Positions 7,443-17,267 of a stretch of 64,000 bases of DNA are shown here, one piece after another. This DNA is from a virus. The notes below the pieces were generated by a model. The model did not search any database and was not told where the DNA came from. It was given only the letters and a program-made list of their open reading frames with translations. The stretch is from IMG/VR virus record IMGVR_UViG_3300027126_000006. One strand, written 5' to 3'. Numbering within the stretch: the first letter of the stretch is position 1; each line of letters opens with the position of its first letter. The translations under genes and the position numbers were made by a program.

Positions 7443-9527
7443 TTACGCAACGCTGTCGATGAATTTTGACAGTAGAACCCGAGAGGTTTTCTTGGTAGTC
7501 AGGTACTTCGTAAACTGCTTTGCGATAGTCCGAGTAGAGGCCTTTTCGCTGATGTTCATCTCATCATAATTGATCTTCGTAGTCGTAGCTGCAATCAAGA
7601 ACATCTTGTCACGATTAGTGCCTTGCAAAGATACAAAACCATCTTGGCGAAGTTTAGTCCGAACTTCCTCTGTCCTATTCCACGACTGCTGACGAGAAAT
7701 GTCAGGGTAGTGACTGAGGATTGCATCCATCACATCGCGCCGGCGATTCGGAAGAACATAAAATCCCATGATGACACAATTGTGACGGTCCTTAATCATC
7801 TGAATCAGAGTTTCAGTTTGAGCTGCTGCAGGATATGTCGGCCAATTATATACTTTACGTGTGCGCTCATCCGTCACACAATGTTTAAGTGCAACTCGAC
7901 GCTGACGACCCTCTGCATCAAGTTTATATTTAAAATCATCTTGGCGGTCTAGAATTCCACCCTCTCCATCGCTGAATGTAATCAGAGTCGTTTTCTCTAC
8001 ACGATACTTCTTGTGGAATGAATCGAGGTAGGTGTTGTAGAGATACAGTAGAGCTTCGTTAAGCGGAGTACCACCAAGACCGTACTCTCGACGCAGTCTA
8101 CGGCTACGGACAAGCATTGACATTGAAGTGAAGTCTGTGTTTGACATTTCGCTGCTAAACAGCTCGAGAAGTGAGAACCCCGATGTATTCGGATTGATAT
8201 CGGTATTACCATGTCGACTAGCTTCGACATTCGCACGTCGAATTACCTCCATGTTGAGCACGCTAGAATGATTGCTGAACGCAACAACCGAATGGCGGAT
8301 ACCAGCACGGCGACAGAATGTAACGAGGTTGATCAATTGATCAACAGTGTCGTCGAGGTGATCCATCATTGATCCAGACCAGTCCAACAGAAACACCATT
8401 CCATGGTTCTTGCCTTCAGGTACAGTGGCAACCTTACGGAAGATATCATCGCTCAACTTATACCGCCACACTTTATTCATATCCAGTGATCCGGATTTAG
8501 TAATCTGCGTTCGTTTATAACTGCTCGCAGCTTTCTTCATCTCGAATTCTTTGACGAGGTAGTTGACGTTGTTGTCTGTATTCTGACGGAATGATCGATA
8601 CGCCGTCACAATTTCAGAGTCTCGAGTAACAGGAGTATCGTAACTCACTTCAACGCGAGAGATGATCTGTTTGTATCCAATAACCGGATCATACTCGAGT
8701 GGCACAAACTTGTGGTAGACGTGTTCAGTATTACCATCGACAGTCATCTTCAGCGATTGTGCAAACGCCTCGTTGGTAACAGGTTGAACATCATCTTCTT
8801 TCGCATCTTCTCCAATGTCTTCATTTCCAGATCCCGAAGATGGCTCACCATCTTCATCCTCTTGATCATCCTCCTCTTCTTGCCCCATATCCTCTCGATC
8901 ACCTGACATCGAGGTACCATTTTCTTCGTCTTCGTCCCCAAACTGAGGTTGGGGATCAGGCTGCAATTCGGGTTGACGATTCTCCTGGAGGTAACCATAC
9001 AGCTCTCGCGCCAGGTCAATTACCTCAGGAAGAGTTTCAAGGCGTTCAGCCTTCTCGACGAAGTAAAGCTCAGCTTCCGTAAATTTAATTGGAGTACGAT
9101 AGCCCAACTTGAAGTGGAGGTTGATTCGATCAGCGAGATTCAACTGATCGACATCCACATTGCCGATCTTAAAGAAATCTCGCTCGTGGAGCATATTGTA
9201 TGCCGTGTTGAATACACGACGAAGACCGATGTACTTGTTTTTGATCAGTTTCTCGATGCGAGCATCCTCGAGAATGTTCATGCACCCAGCAAGATTGGGC
9301 TCTTTCTTAGCAGCGTCGACATACAGCTCATCTGTATACAGAGCATGGCCAACCTCATGAGCAACAAGCAGCTCATCTACGATGGGAGGGAGGTCCTTCC
9401 AGAACGGAAGGATCAGAGTACGGTTAATGATATCAAACGCAGCAGTTTCGACTGTGTCTCGAACTACGTTGATGTTCTCGTTGGCCAAGAGCTTGGCCAC
9501 TAGCTGTAGCGATTGCTGTTCGTTCAT
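7443..9527 (-). CDS. CobT-like protein: N-terminal HExxH metallopeptidase-like domain, acidic linker, vWA domain
   Basis: HEVGH...NILEDARIE; LDWSGSM MIDAS, GGTP, SDGEG; partner of the adjacent AAA+. Confidence 0.88.
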   Translation of the reverse strand: MNEQQSLQLVAKLLANENINVVRDTVETAAFDIINRTLILPFWKDLPPIVDELLVAHEVGHALYTDELYVDAAKKEPNLAGCMNILEDARIEKLIKNKYIGLRRVFNTAYNMLHERDFFKIGNVDVDQLNLADRINLHFKLGYRTPIKFTEAELYFVEKAERLETLPEVIDLARELYGYLQENRQPELQPDPQPQFGDEDEENGTSMSGDREDMGQEEEDDQEDEDGEPSSGSGNEDIGEDAKEDDVQPVTNEAFAQSLKMTVDGNTEHVYHKFVPLEYDPVIGYKQIISRVEVSYDTPVTRDSEIVTAYRSFRQNTDNNVNYLVKEFEMKKAASSYKRTQITKSGSLDMNKVWRYKLSDDIFRKVATVPEGKNHGMVFLLDWSGSMMDHLDDTVDQLINLVTFCRRAGIRHSVVAFSNHSSVLNMEVIRRANVEASRHGNTDINPNTSGFSLLELFSSEMSNTDFTSMSMLVRSRRLRREYGLGGTPLNEALLYLYNTYLDSFHKKYRVEKTTLITFSDGEGGILDRQDDFKYKLDAEGRQRRVALKHCVTDERTRKVYNWPTYPAAAQTETLIQMIKDRHNCVIMGFYVLPNRRRDVMDAILSHYPDISRQQSWNRTEEVRTKLRQDGFVSLQGTNRDKMFLIAATTTKINYDEMNISEKASTRTIAKQFTKYLTTKKTSRVLLSKFIDSVA

Positions 9528-9832
9528 TTCGTATTCAGAGTGGGATTGTAGAGGGCGATGAGCTCTCGCTCGCGTTGATGAGCAGCCTTGCGACCACGGA
9601 CGACTTCAATCACTGCATACTCGAGCTCAGGATCAGTGCGAAGGAATTCCGCAAACTTCCAATCCTTGGTCAGTCGCCGAGCTTTCGATTGATGGTTCTG
9701 CAGTCGAATCTTCACTGATTTGAGGTAGGCTTGGCCTCGAGCCACAGTCAAGCCGATGTATGTATCCCCAGTGGTCGGGCAGTGGATGCCGTAGATCACA
9801 TGGTTTCTGTCTGAGCGTTTTTTCCGATTCAT
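9524..9832 (-). CDS. Small GIY-YIG family endonuclease
   Basis: VIYGI...YIGLT, R...H, ERELI, LN motifs. Confidence 0.82.
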   Translation of the reverse strand: MNRKKRSDRNHVIYGIHCPTTGDTYIGLTVARGQAYLKSVKIRLQNHQSKARRLTKDWKFAEFLRTDPELEYAVIEVVRGRKAAHQRERELIALYNPTLNTK

Positions 9833-9838
9833 ATAGAC

Positions 9839-9867
9839 ATTATAGCATAGTTGCGAATTAATGTCAA
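9839..9867 (-). promoter_or_regulatory. Sigma70 early promoter TTGACA-N17-TATAAT
   Basis: Perfect consensus; -10 box lies 6 nt before the GIY-YIG ATG. Confidence 0.88.
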
Positions 9868-9871
9868 CCCC

Positions 9872-10507
9872 TCATTTCCAGGGGAGATTAAACCGTTTTG
9901 CACAGATCGGACCATACCCAACTGCCTTCGAACGATCGTCATCCAGCGTCTTCTTGCAGAAGCAGCAAGATCCGGTCAGGCGACCATAGTTAGCAGCAAC
10001 AACCTCAGGATCTGCAGAGAATTCTTTGATCAGATCAATCACAGGCTGGGTTGCCTTCTGAGTGGGGAGAAACTCACCATTCTCCTGGATGCGACCGAAG
10101 AACATAGCAGCACCAAACGGACCACCATCGCTGATCATAATCTGACCGGCATACTTACTGGTAGGACCAGCAATCTTGCAGACAAGTCGCTGACCCGTAG
10201 AGGTCCGCAGTTCGACCTTAACTCGCTTGACGCTAGCCAAAGCCGCAGTCATCATCGAGAAGATTTTCTGCGCGTCAATACGCACAGTATCTGGAAGTTT
10301 GACTGGGTTCTCAATCCGAGTGATGATTACGTTCACGAGATTGATCTGCTTGTCGGTCAAGCGACCATACCGATTGTATCCCATCACAAGGCTACCAGCG
10401 ATCTCAATATCGCGAACAGACATCTTCTCTTTGAGAGAAGCGAGCTTCTCGACGATCGGGCGCTGAGAAGGGTCTTTGGCAACAGGCTTGCTGTAGATGC
10501 GTTTCAT
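9872..10507 (-). CDS. Hypothetical protein with C-terminal DUF6011-like Zn module
   Basis: CCFCKKTLDDDRSKAVGYGPICAKR. Confidence 0.75.
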   Translation of the reverse strand: MKRIYSKPVAKDPSQRPIVEKLASLKEKMSVRDIEIAGSLVMGYNRYGRLTDKQINLVNVIITRIENPVKLPDTVRIDAQKIFSMMTAALASVKRVKVELRTSTGQRLVCKIAGPTSKYAGQIMISDGGPFGAAMFFGRIQENGEFLPTQKATQPVIDLIKEFSADPEVVAANYGRLTGSCCFCKKTLDDDRSKAVGYGPICAKRFNLPWK

Positions 10508-10534
10508 CTGTGTTCCTTTCGTGACAGTAGGGAC

Positions 10535-10563
10535 ACTATAGGATACATCAGAATTAATGTCAA
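10535..10563 (-). promoter_or_regulatory. Sigma70 early promoter TTGACA-N17-TATAGT
   Basis: Near consensus; shares GGGTTGACATTAATTC with the promoter at 9867. Confidence 0.85.
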
Positions 10564-10573
10564 CCCCCGCTTT

Positions 10574-10972
10574 CTACAGGGGTTTTCCGCGATATCTATA
10601 CCAACTCCGCTTCGCTTCTATCCGTTGAACGATTCGTTGGCGATTGATAGCCATGGCGGCCCAATCAGGTTTCCAATCTGATTGAGGAAATCTATCAAGC
10701 TCTCTCCAACTTACCTTCCTGGATGCCGGGTCGATATTGAACCCTCTATCGTACAACTCAGCAATCAGATCAAGCCACCTGTCGAGTAAGAACTTCCGCT
10801 TGTCATAAAAGAACGACACGTGACCCTTGTTCAGAGTGTATGCAGTCCTGATCACATGCTTGGCAGGATCAGATCGTCGAGCCGACGCCATCACCATTGG
10901 CAGCTCACGATACTCTGCCATTAGGTGTTGGTCTGTCAACTCTTGAACAGGGATTACGTTAATACGAGTCAT
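10574..10972 (-). CDS. denV: Pyrimidine-dimer DNA glycosylase (endonuclease V)
   Basis: MTRIN...L.DQHLMAEYRELP, YTLNKGHVSFFYDK, WYRY. Confidence 0.95.
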   Translation of the reverse strand: MTRINVIPVQELTDQHLMAEYRELPMVMASARRSDPAKHVIRTAYTLNKGHVSFFYDKRKFLLDRWLDLIAELYDRGFNIDPASRKVSWRELDRFPQSDWKPDWAAMAINRQRIVQRIEAKRSWYRYRGKPL

Positions 10973-12684
10973 GTGATTACTGAGAAGTCGTTTTTCTTTT
11001 GTACACGGATCACATTATCGAACTTATCAACCATTTGGTCAACTTTATGACTGATCACGAAGATGTTGGTGTGCTCGCCAAACTGATTCATAATCGATAG
11101 GAAGTAATCTATCCCTCCTGCATCCAGGGCACCATCAAGAACTTCATCCAAGATCATAATGTTTGTGTTGACAGAGTTCTTCATCTTAGCCACCTGTCGC
11201 CATGTAAACAGGATTGCTAGATCGAGCCTTCTCTTTTCTCCTTCTGAGAACGACTCGTATGTGAATGTGTCTCTACCTCTTGACTTGATTGTCTCTTGGA
11301 ATGATTCATCAAGCTCAAACTTAGCAAAGAAGTCCATCGCAGCAAGGTACTTGTTGATAAGTTTGTTGATCACAGGCAGGTACTCGTGAATGATTGCCGT
11401 TTTAATTCCAGTATCCTTTAGTAGGATGGCGGCAACGTCATGTAGTTGCTTTTTCTCAAACAATTCAGTCTTCTGAGTAACCATATCGATCGCTTGCTCA
11501 GCCAATGACCTCAACCTTCCCTTCTCAGCAGTAACACTTGATTGATCTCCGTTAGCTGCGTCAATCTCTTGTTGAAGGGATTTGTTCTGTTCAGTCAATA
11601 GCGTGATGTTGTTCGTTTGCACACTCAAAGCGATCGACTTATCATGTAGAGCGTCAAGATATTTCTTTAGCTTATCCAATTGACCCTGTAGTTTAGTTTG
11701 CACAGCATCTGCTTCATCAAACTTTACTTGATGCTCCCTGATCTTCTCGTTGAGTTGCGAGATGATTGTATCCTTGTGAGATTGTTCAATATGTTGATTA
11801 CAGCTTGGGCAAGTTGTGTTCTCGGCAAAGAATCCAATAGTATGGCTGCAAGTATCGATGTTCGTTGCTGTCATAACTTTCATCTTAGATACTTTGGTGA
11901 TAGCATCAGCAACTTTATCTTGTTGATTCTTCTTAGCGCTAAGCTCCACTATTTCTGCGGTCAATTGAGTGACAGTAGTACTTGCCGTATCAATCAAGAC
12001 GTTATTCGCATCGATCTTTTGTTGTAGGGAGTTGATAGCGCTCGTGCGAGACTTCTCAATAGTCTCCACCAACTTTTTCTGGGCAAGGATCTTCTCGCGA
12101 TGAGACTTTATATCATTCTCGAGAGAATCGATCTGTGTCTTAACCTCGCTGATCTTCTCTTTCAAGATGTTGTTCATTAACGAAAACACTTTGATGTCGA
12201 GAATGTCTTCGATCACTTCACGTCGTTGTTGAGCAGGTAGCTGCATGAATGGAACAAATGTCGCTGATCCTAGAATAACAACTTGTGTGAAAGTCTTGTA
12301 GCTAAGTTTGAGGATTTGCTGCTCAAGTACTTGTTGGTAGTCACGAAGAGCTGCATCCTGATTGACCAGCTCACCGTTGCAGTAGATCTCAAACACGTTT
12401 GGTTTGATTCCTCGCTTGACAATGTAGTCTCTGCCGTTGGTGCTAAACTCAATCTCAACGAGACAGTTCTTCTTATTGATTGAGTTTACAAGCTGACCTT
12501 TGTTAATGTTTCGAAATGGCTTACCAAATAGAACGAACGTCAGCGCGCACAGTAAGGTAGACTTACCCTCTCCATTCTTCCCTGTAATCAGGGTTGACGA
12601 TGAGGTGTTAAGATCGATACTATTGGCTACACTTCCTGTACTTAAAAAGTTACGCCACGTGATACGCTTAAAAATTAACATCAC
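10969..12684 (-). CDS. gp46: Recombination endonuclease ATPase subunit (Rad50/SbcC-like)
   Basis: GKNGEGKST, CPSC zinc hook, FSEGEK signature, LDEVLD, ISHK. Confidence 0.95.
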   Translation of the reverse strand: MMLIFKRITWRNFLSTGSVANSIDLNTSSSTLITGKNGEGKSTLLCALTFVLFGKPFRNINKGQLVNSINKKNCLVEIEFSTNGRDYIVKRGIKPNVFEIYCNGELVNQDAALRDYQQVLEQQILKLSYKTFTQVVILGSATFVPFMQLPAQQRREVIEDILDIKVFSLMNNILKEKISEVKTQIDSLENDIKSHREKILAQKKLVETIEKSRTSAINSLQQKIDANNVLIDTASTTVTQLTAEIVELSAKKNQQDKVADAITKVSKMKVMTATNIDTCSHTIGFFAENTTCPSCNQHIEQSHKDTIISQLNEKIREHQVKFDEADAVQTKLQGQLDKLKKYLDALHDKSIALSVQTNNITLLTEQNKSLQQEIDAANGDQSSVTAEKGRLRSLAEQAIDMVTQKTELFEKKQLHDVAAILLKDTGIKTAIIHEYLPVINKLINKYLAAMDFFAKFELDESFQETIKSRGRDTFTYESFSEGEKRRLDLAILFTWRQVAKMKNSVNTNIMILDEVLDGALDAGGIDYFLSIMNQFGEHTNIFVISHKVDQMVDKFDNVIRVQKKNDFSVIT

Positions 12685-13733
12685 TCAACTTCCATAGTTA
12701 TTGCTTCTACATACAGACTCTTCATAAACGATTTGATCTTCTCTTTGTCTGCATCTGTTTCGATACTATCAATGTAGTTGCTCAACACATCCATAGTATC
12801 TTCGAGATTGATCTCTTCACCAATCTCACCATCAGCAAACTCTGTCATATCCTCAACAATTTTGATTTCATAACATCCTCTACTGTATAGCTTTTGGATG
12901 TAGTTGTCAAATTTATATAAGTCTGTCTTATTGGATACTACAACTTTAACGAACTTATCTTCGAGGTCTTGAGAGTTGATGTCAACAAGATCCTTTGTGT
13001 CGTCATAGTCAATACGAACAAACACAGTATGAGGATTTTGCACAAACTCTAGCTTCCTCGTTGAGGTATCAAATACATGGAATCCTCGAGGATCATTATG
13101 GTCCTGCCATGTCATCTCATAAGGTGTTCCAACATAAGTGATGTTTCCTTTATGGGACTTGGTATGATAGTGGCCACTGAATACATGCTCGTACTTCTCG
13201 AACATCTCCATCGAGAGACCTTCATGAGATTCCATCCCTCTATACATCGCAAAGCCAGCGATCTCAAAGTGACCCAGACAAAGGTCAGACTTACTAGCCT
13301 TAATGAAGTTTATAATCTCAACTTCATTGTCCTTGCAGATCCAAGGAATGATGTCGATGCTTGTACCATCCATTAGAGTGTGCATCGTCGGCTTATCATA
13401 GATCCACACATTACCGTACTCAGCAAGTACTAGAGATGGAGAGTTAACCTCGAGACTCTCTCTTAGATAGATGTCGTGGTTGCCAATCAACGTATGTAAG
13501 GTAATGCCTGCGCTTGATAGTCGGTCGAACAAGTAGCGCTTCGATTCCTTCAGTGATTGGAAGTTGATGTACTTCCTCCGATCAAACAGATCGCCTAACT
13601 GAAAGATGTGCTTGATGTTTTCAGCAGCCATGTATTTGAGCAGGTCATCATAGAACCGCTCAAAGTGTTTGTGGAACAGGCTTAGATCATTGCGACACCC
13701 GATGTGAGTGTCGCCCAAAACGACAAACTTCAT
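12681..13733 (-). CDS. gp47: Recombination endonuclease nuclease subunit (Mre11/SbcD-like)
   Basis: DTH, GDLFD, GNHD, GHFE, SGHYH. Confidence 0.95.
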   Translation of the reverse strand: MKFVVLGDTHIGCRNDLSLFHKHFERFYDDLLKYMAAENIKHIFQLGDLFDRRKYINFQSLKESKRYLFDRLSSAGITLHTLIGNHDIYLRESLEVNSPSLVLAEYGNVWIYDKPTMHTLMDGTSIDIIPWICKDNEVEIINFIKASKSDLCLGHFEIAGFAMYRGMESHEGLSMEMFEKYEHVFSGHYHTKSHKGNITYVGTPYEMTWQDHNDPRGFHVFDTSTRKLEFVQNPHTVFVRIDYDDTKDLVDINSQDLEDKFVKVVVSNKTDLYKFDNYIQKLYSRGCYEIKIVEDMTEFADGEIGEEINLEDTMDVLSNYIDSIETDADKEKIKSFMKSLYVEAITMEVE

Positions 13734-13741
13734 ATTAATCC

Positions 13742-14272
13742 TTATTCAATGATATCGTCTAGCGTAGCCTTTCGCTTTTGCTTTGCCTTTGCTTTCCGTT
13801 GGTCATCTTTCGCGGCGGCCTCTACGAAGGAGCTTTGGCTTTGAAGGAGAGCCATATAGCCGGATGCAATAGCATCATCCTCATACCCAAGAGATTCAAT
13901 GAAATCTGGGGGAAGATCAAGGATTAGTTTGCCCTTAATCGTGGATTGTTTACCCTCTTTCTGGATTCGCCTGATGAAAGCGAAGTACACAATCTGGGTA
14001 AAGTATGAGAATGGATTTGACGACTTGGCAGGATCAAAGTTGTCGATGTACATCAAGCAGTTCTCGACCCCATCGGAGATCATCTCGTCTTTGAACGAGT
14101 AGTTGATGAAGTTCGATTTGTACGAAAGGTGCCTCGCAATCTTGAGGATACACTCGCCGATGTAGTTGCTAATTCCTGGTTTTTCTTTACCAGCAGCTAC
14201 AGCTTCTGTAACTTGTTGACGGTACTCGACGAGAGCTTTCAAGAATTCTTCATTGTTCACGTAATGGGACAT
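13742..14272 (-). CDS. gp55: Late-transcription sigma factor
   Basis: HYVNNEEFL, NFINYS...EMISDGVENC, NPFSYFTQIVYFAFIRRIQKE. Confidence 0.95.
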   Translation of the reverse strand: MSHYVNNEEFLKALVEYRQQVTEAVAAGKEKPGISNYIGECILKIARHLSYKSNFINYSFKDEMISDGVENCLMYIDNFDPAKSSNPFSYFTQIVYFAFIRRIQKEGKQSTIKGKLILDLPPDFIESLGYEDDAIASGYMALLQSQSSFVEAAAKDDQRKAKAKQKRKATLDDIIE

Positions 14273-14301
14273 ATTGTACTTCCTTGTTTGTAGTTTTATT
14301 A

Positions 14302-14330
14302 ACTATATACCCAAACAACTTGTAAGTCAA
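14302..14330 (-). promoter_or_regulatory. Sigma70-type promoter TTGACT-N17-TATAGT for gp55-47-46
   Basis: Near consensus in the intergenic gap. Confidence 0.75.
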
Positions 14331-14384
14331 GAAAAAGTTGACTCATATAAAAGTACAGCGTGATAATCAGTATGTCCGGTGTGA

Positions 14385-14747
14385 TTAATGCTTTGTGTCA
14401 TTACCAGAGACATAATTGTTCTGCTTTATAAGAGCCTCTAGTCTATCTGCGTAAGTGTCTTCTTCTACAGATTCTTGCATGGCTTCGGCTTGGAACGCAT
14501 CTATCAAGTCTAGGAATCTGTACGATATACTTCTCGAGGCCGGCAGGCAAAACTGTACCCGGGCTTTTGGTATGTGGAATACAATTTCATCAGTGAGAGA
14601 ACAATACGGCAGTGTCATCACGCCATACTTTTCATCCATCCTAACATAGTAGGGATGCTCAACGATGAAATATGTATCTGTCTCTTCTAACAGGAAAGCT
14701 AGAAGGTCGTGACCGTCATGTAGACGGATAACTACTACTTCGGTCAT
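14385..14747 (-). CDS. Hypothetical protein (conserved T4-like position between uvsW and gp55)
   Basis: Beta-rich N-terminus, acidic tail; syntenic position. Confidence 0.7.
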   Translation of the reverse strand: MTEVVVIRLHDGHDLLAFLLEETDTYFIVEHPYYVRMDEKYGVMTLPYCSLTDEIVFHIPKARVQFCLPASRSISYRFLDLIDAFQAEAMQESVEEDTYADRLEALIKQNNYVSGNDTKH

Positions 14748-14756
14748 ACGAACACC

Positions 14757-16232
14757 TCATAAATCGATTGTGGTTATCTTTACGGGAAATCCTTCTTCAG
14801 CATAGAGTTTATATCGTTCTGCCCCGTGCTTTAAGGTATGGTTCTTCCAACTCTTCCAGTGTAGGTCGTCAGTGATATCGAATAGGTTGCAGTACTCCTT
14901 ATTATTATTTAGGCGCAATCCACGACCGATTGATTGAAGGTTCCTGATACGAGACTTCGAAGGAGAGGCAAAGATGATGTTCTCAATTGACGGAATGTTG
15001 ATTCCTGTAGAGAATACCCCAAACGATGCCACAACGATTGCGTTGTTTATGCTAGACAGTGATCGTCTGACTTCCTCGCGTGAAGATACATCGGTGCCAC
15101 CATGAATAAAAAACACCTCTCTATCACCTGCTTTATTACGAATCATATCAAACAAAACAGTGCCATGCTTCTCAACGAATTGAAATAGTACAAGAGTGTT
15201 ACCACTACAGCTCAGAGAGAGGTTGCGGATTGTTCGATTCCTCTTCTCGTTTGTTACAAGAAAATCAATCTCATCCTGGTACTCCATCTTGTTGCATGCT
15301 TTGCGAACCTCATCAGGGTACTGCAGGAGGAGAGCCTTAACTTTCAGTTGAGCTAGCTTACCTGAGTCCTGTAACTTCTTTGTGGTAGTTACCTTATGTA
15401 CAGGACCAAATATACCCTCAAGTACAAGTCTGTTGATCTTCTTATCGTCAAGAGAACCTGTCGTACCAATCTTGTATGATGTAGCAGACATCTTCTCCAT
15501 GATTGTTGTTAGCGACTTTGCTTTGAATAAATGTGCCTCATCGCCAATCACTACACTAAACTGATCAAACCATTGCTTTGGCTGTTTGTATATAGATTGC
15601 CAAGTTGTAAACAGAATGTCTGTTTGAAACTCTTTTGGGAAGCCAGAATATAACTTTTGACAATGGTCTTTTACTTGCCACTGATTGGCCGACGAATAGT
15701 CCTCAAAATCTGAGAACATTTGCTCAACGAGAGACGTAGTAGGGACAACGACCAAGCACTTATGCGACTTATCAAGAAGCCAACGACAAATGGCATATAT
15801 GATAAGAGACTTGCCAGAACCAGTAGGACTAAGTAGCACCCGACGATGATAACGGAGAGCAGTATGTATAGCATCGTGCTGATAATCTCTAACTTCAATA
15901 GGAGATCCTCTCCCCTGTAATACAAGTCCTCTCGTAAAGTCTTCAATCTGCTCAATAGTGATGCCATCATCTCTTTTAACTTCGTTGATATGTTCAAGTT
16001 GATATCCATTGTTGTCAGCAAACTTAACTAAGTAGTCATATAGACCAACATAGAGAGTTTTTCGTATTTGGTCGTAGAGCCTAATTTTGCCATCCCAAAG
16101 TCGAGCCCGGTATTGTGGTGTAAACTTTGCCCCAGGATATTCAAAAGTAAAGTAGTCTGCTAGTTCAGACTCTACCCCACTCTCTGAATAAACTCGAAGA
16201 TGAACCTCATTCACTTTCTCGACTTTAATCAT
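14757..16232 (-). CDS. uvsW: RNA-DNA/DNA helicase UvsW
   Basis: RDYQ, SPTGSGKS, DEAH, QSIGRGLR; start moved to ATG 16232. Confidence 0.95.
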   Translation of the reverse strand: MIKVEKVNEVHLRVYSESGVESELADYFTFEYPGAKFTPQYRARLWDGKIRLYDQIRKTLYVGLYDYLVKFADNNGYQLEHINEVKRDDGITIEQIEDFTRGLVLQGRGSPIEVRDYQHDAIHTALRYHRRVLLSPTGSGKSLIIYAICRWLLDKSHKCLVVVPTTSLVEQMFSDFEDYSSANQWQVKDHCQKLYSGFPKEFQTDILFTTWQSIYKQPKQWFDQFSVVIGDEAHLFKAKSLTTIMEKMSATSYKIGTTGSLDDKKINRLVLEGIFGPVHKVTTTKKLQDSGKLAQLKVKALLLQYPDEVRKACNKMEYQDEIDFLVTNEKRNRTIRNLSLSCSGNTLVLFQFVEKHGTVLFDMIRNKAGDREVFFIHGGTDVSSREEVRRSLSSINNAIVVASFGVFSTGINIPSIENIIFASPSKSRIRNLQSIGRGLRLNNNKEYCNLFDITDDLHWKSWKNHTLKHGAERYKLYAEEGFPVKITTIDL

Positions 16233-16669
16233 CACATCCCTGCTAAGAACGCTTTCCACTTGATTCCATTGGATAGCTGGAAGTCTCTCTGTTTGATTTG
16301 CTGCATGATAGATTCAATTGCTTGGATCATAATATCTATGTAATCAAGACGTGATTGAATTTGCGAGAGATCCTCGTCTCCTTTGAGGAACTCGTCCATC
16401 TCAGCTTTGAGGGGCTTGTTGTATTGCCATGGCTCCCAACCAAGTTCTTTAAGTTCTTCACGAGATAGTTCTCCTCGATAGAACCTAAACTTAGTTTTGC
16501 GTAGGCTGTTATAATCAATATCCAGCTTAGTCTTTTTTAGCTTGGCGTCGATTAGTAATCTGAGGTATTTAGAGTGCAACTTTGCTGTTGCAGTGGAAGC
16601 CTCACCGAGATGGTTGTCATCTATAGCACTATCGGCCTCCCACATAATCAAGATTTCATCAAGTTTCAT
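16232..16669 (-). CDS. uvsY: Recombination mediator UvsY
   Basis: W..DS.ID, LHSKYL, C-terminal I.W..F.AG; adjacent to uvsW. Confidence 0.9.
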   Translation of the reverse strand: MKLDEILIMWEADSAIDDNHLGEASTATAKLHSKYLRLLIDAKLKKTKLDIDYNSLRKTKFRFYRGELSREELKELGWEPWQYNKPLKAEMDEFLKGDEDLSQIQSRLDYIDIMIQAIESIMQQIKQRDFQLSNGIKWKAFLAGM

Positions 16670-16685
16670 AACAAACCTTATAGTG

Positions 16686-17231
16686 TCAAGTTATTTCAAA
16701 TAATGTATACAAGAATGTTGCCTGTCCTGCTAGATATGTAGTGTCGTTTGTTGTCGACTGGAGCATAATCGAACCCAATGAAGTTGGGTAGATGTCATGG
16801 AAGGTCACTGTGCGGATAGGATTGTTAAAGTTATTTAGTATCTTCAAAACACCATCCGAATATCCTGCTTGCAAGTCACTAGCTTGAGGAATCGGCTTTT
16901 GACTGGATATGTATGATGCATATTGAGTGCGCGACTTGGGGAATCCCAAACCGACCATCCAATCATAGATAGCCTTATAGTTGTTCATGGTTTCATCAAT
17001 CATAAACACAATATCAAGTTGGCCAAACTCAAGTTTATCACCTGGAATATGTGCGTTGGATAGTGGCGTTGCAAATTCCGCTTGAGGAAGGGTCAAGCTT
17101 GGGATAGTTGCTTCTTGGCAGAAGAACGATATGTCTGGTAGTTTATTTACAGCAAACATGAATCCATTTGACTGAAGAGGATTGATATTTGCTGGCACTG
17201 GGCAAGATAAGTTTCTTATGCTCATATTCAC
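16686..17231 (-). CDS. gp3: Tail completion / tube terminator (gp3-like)
   Basis: FFCQEATIPS, PGDKLEF, NYKAIYDWM, F.DIYPTSLG. Confidence 0.85.
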   Translation of the reverse strand: MNMSIRNLSCPVPANINPLQSNGFMFAVNKLPDISFFCQEATIPSLTLPQAEFATPLSNAHIPGDKLEFGQLDIVFMIDETMNNYKAIYDWMVGLGFPKSRTQYASYISSQKPIPQASDLQAGYSDGVLKILNNFNNPIRTVTFHDIYPTSLGSIMLQSTTNDTTYLAGQATFLYTLFEIT

Positions 17232-17257
17232 CTTGACTGCTATAGTTGGCTGTTATA

Positions 17258-17265
17258 TATTTATC
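17258..17265 (-). promoter_or_regulatory. Late promoter variant GATAAATA
   Basis: One mismatch to TATAAATA, between the gp23 terminator and gp3. Confidence 0.55.
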
Positions 17266-17267
17266 AA

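Noticed and set aside
6228-9527. Cobalamin synthesis (cobS/cobT)
   Set aside because: No cobN or other cob genes; generic MoxR/vWA pair
9524-9832. GIY-YIG as an intron-encoded homing endonuclease
   Set aside because: Free-standing with its own promoter; no split host gene or intron evident
9851-10681. 276-aa plus-strand ORF
   Set aside because: Antisense to well-supported genes and promoters; no motifs
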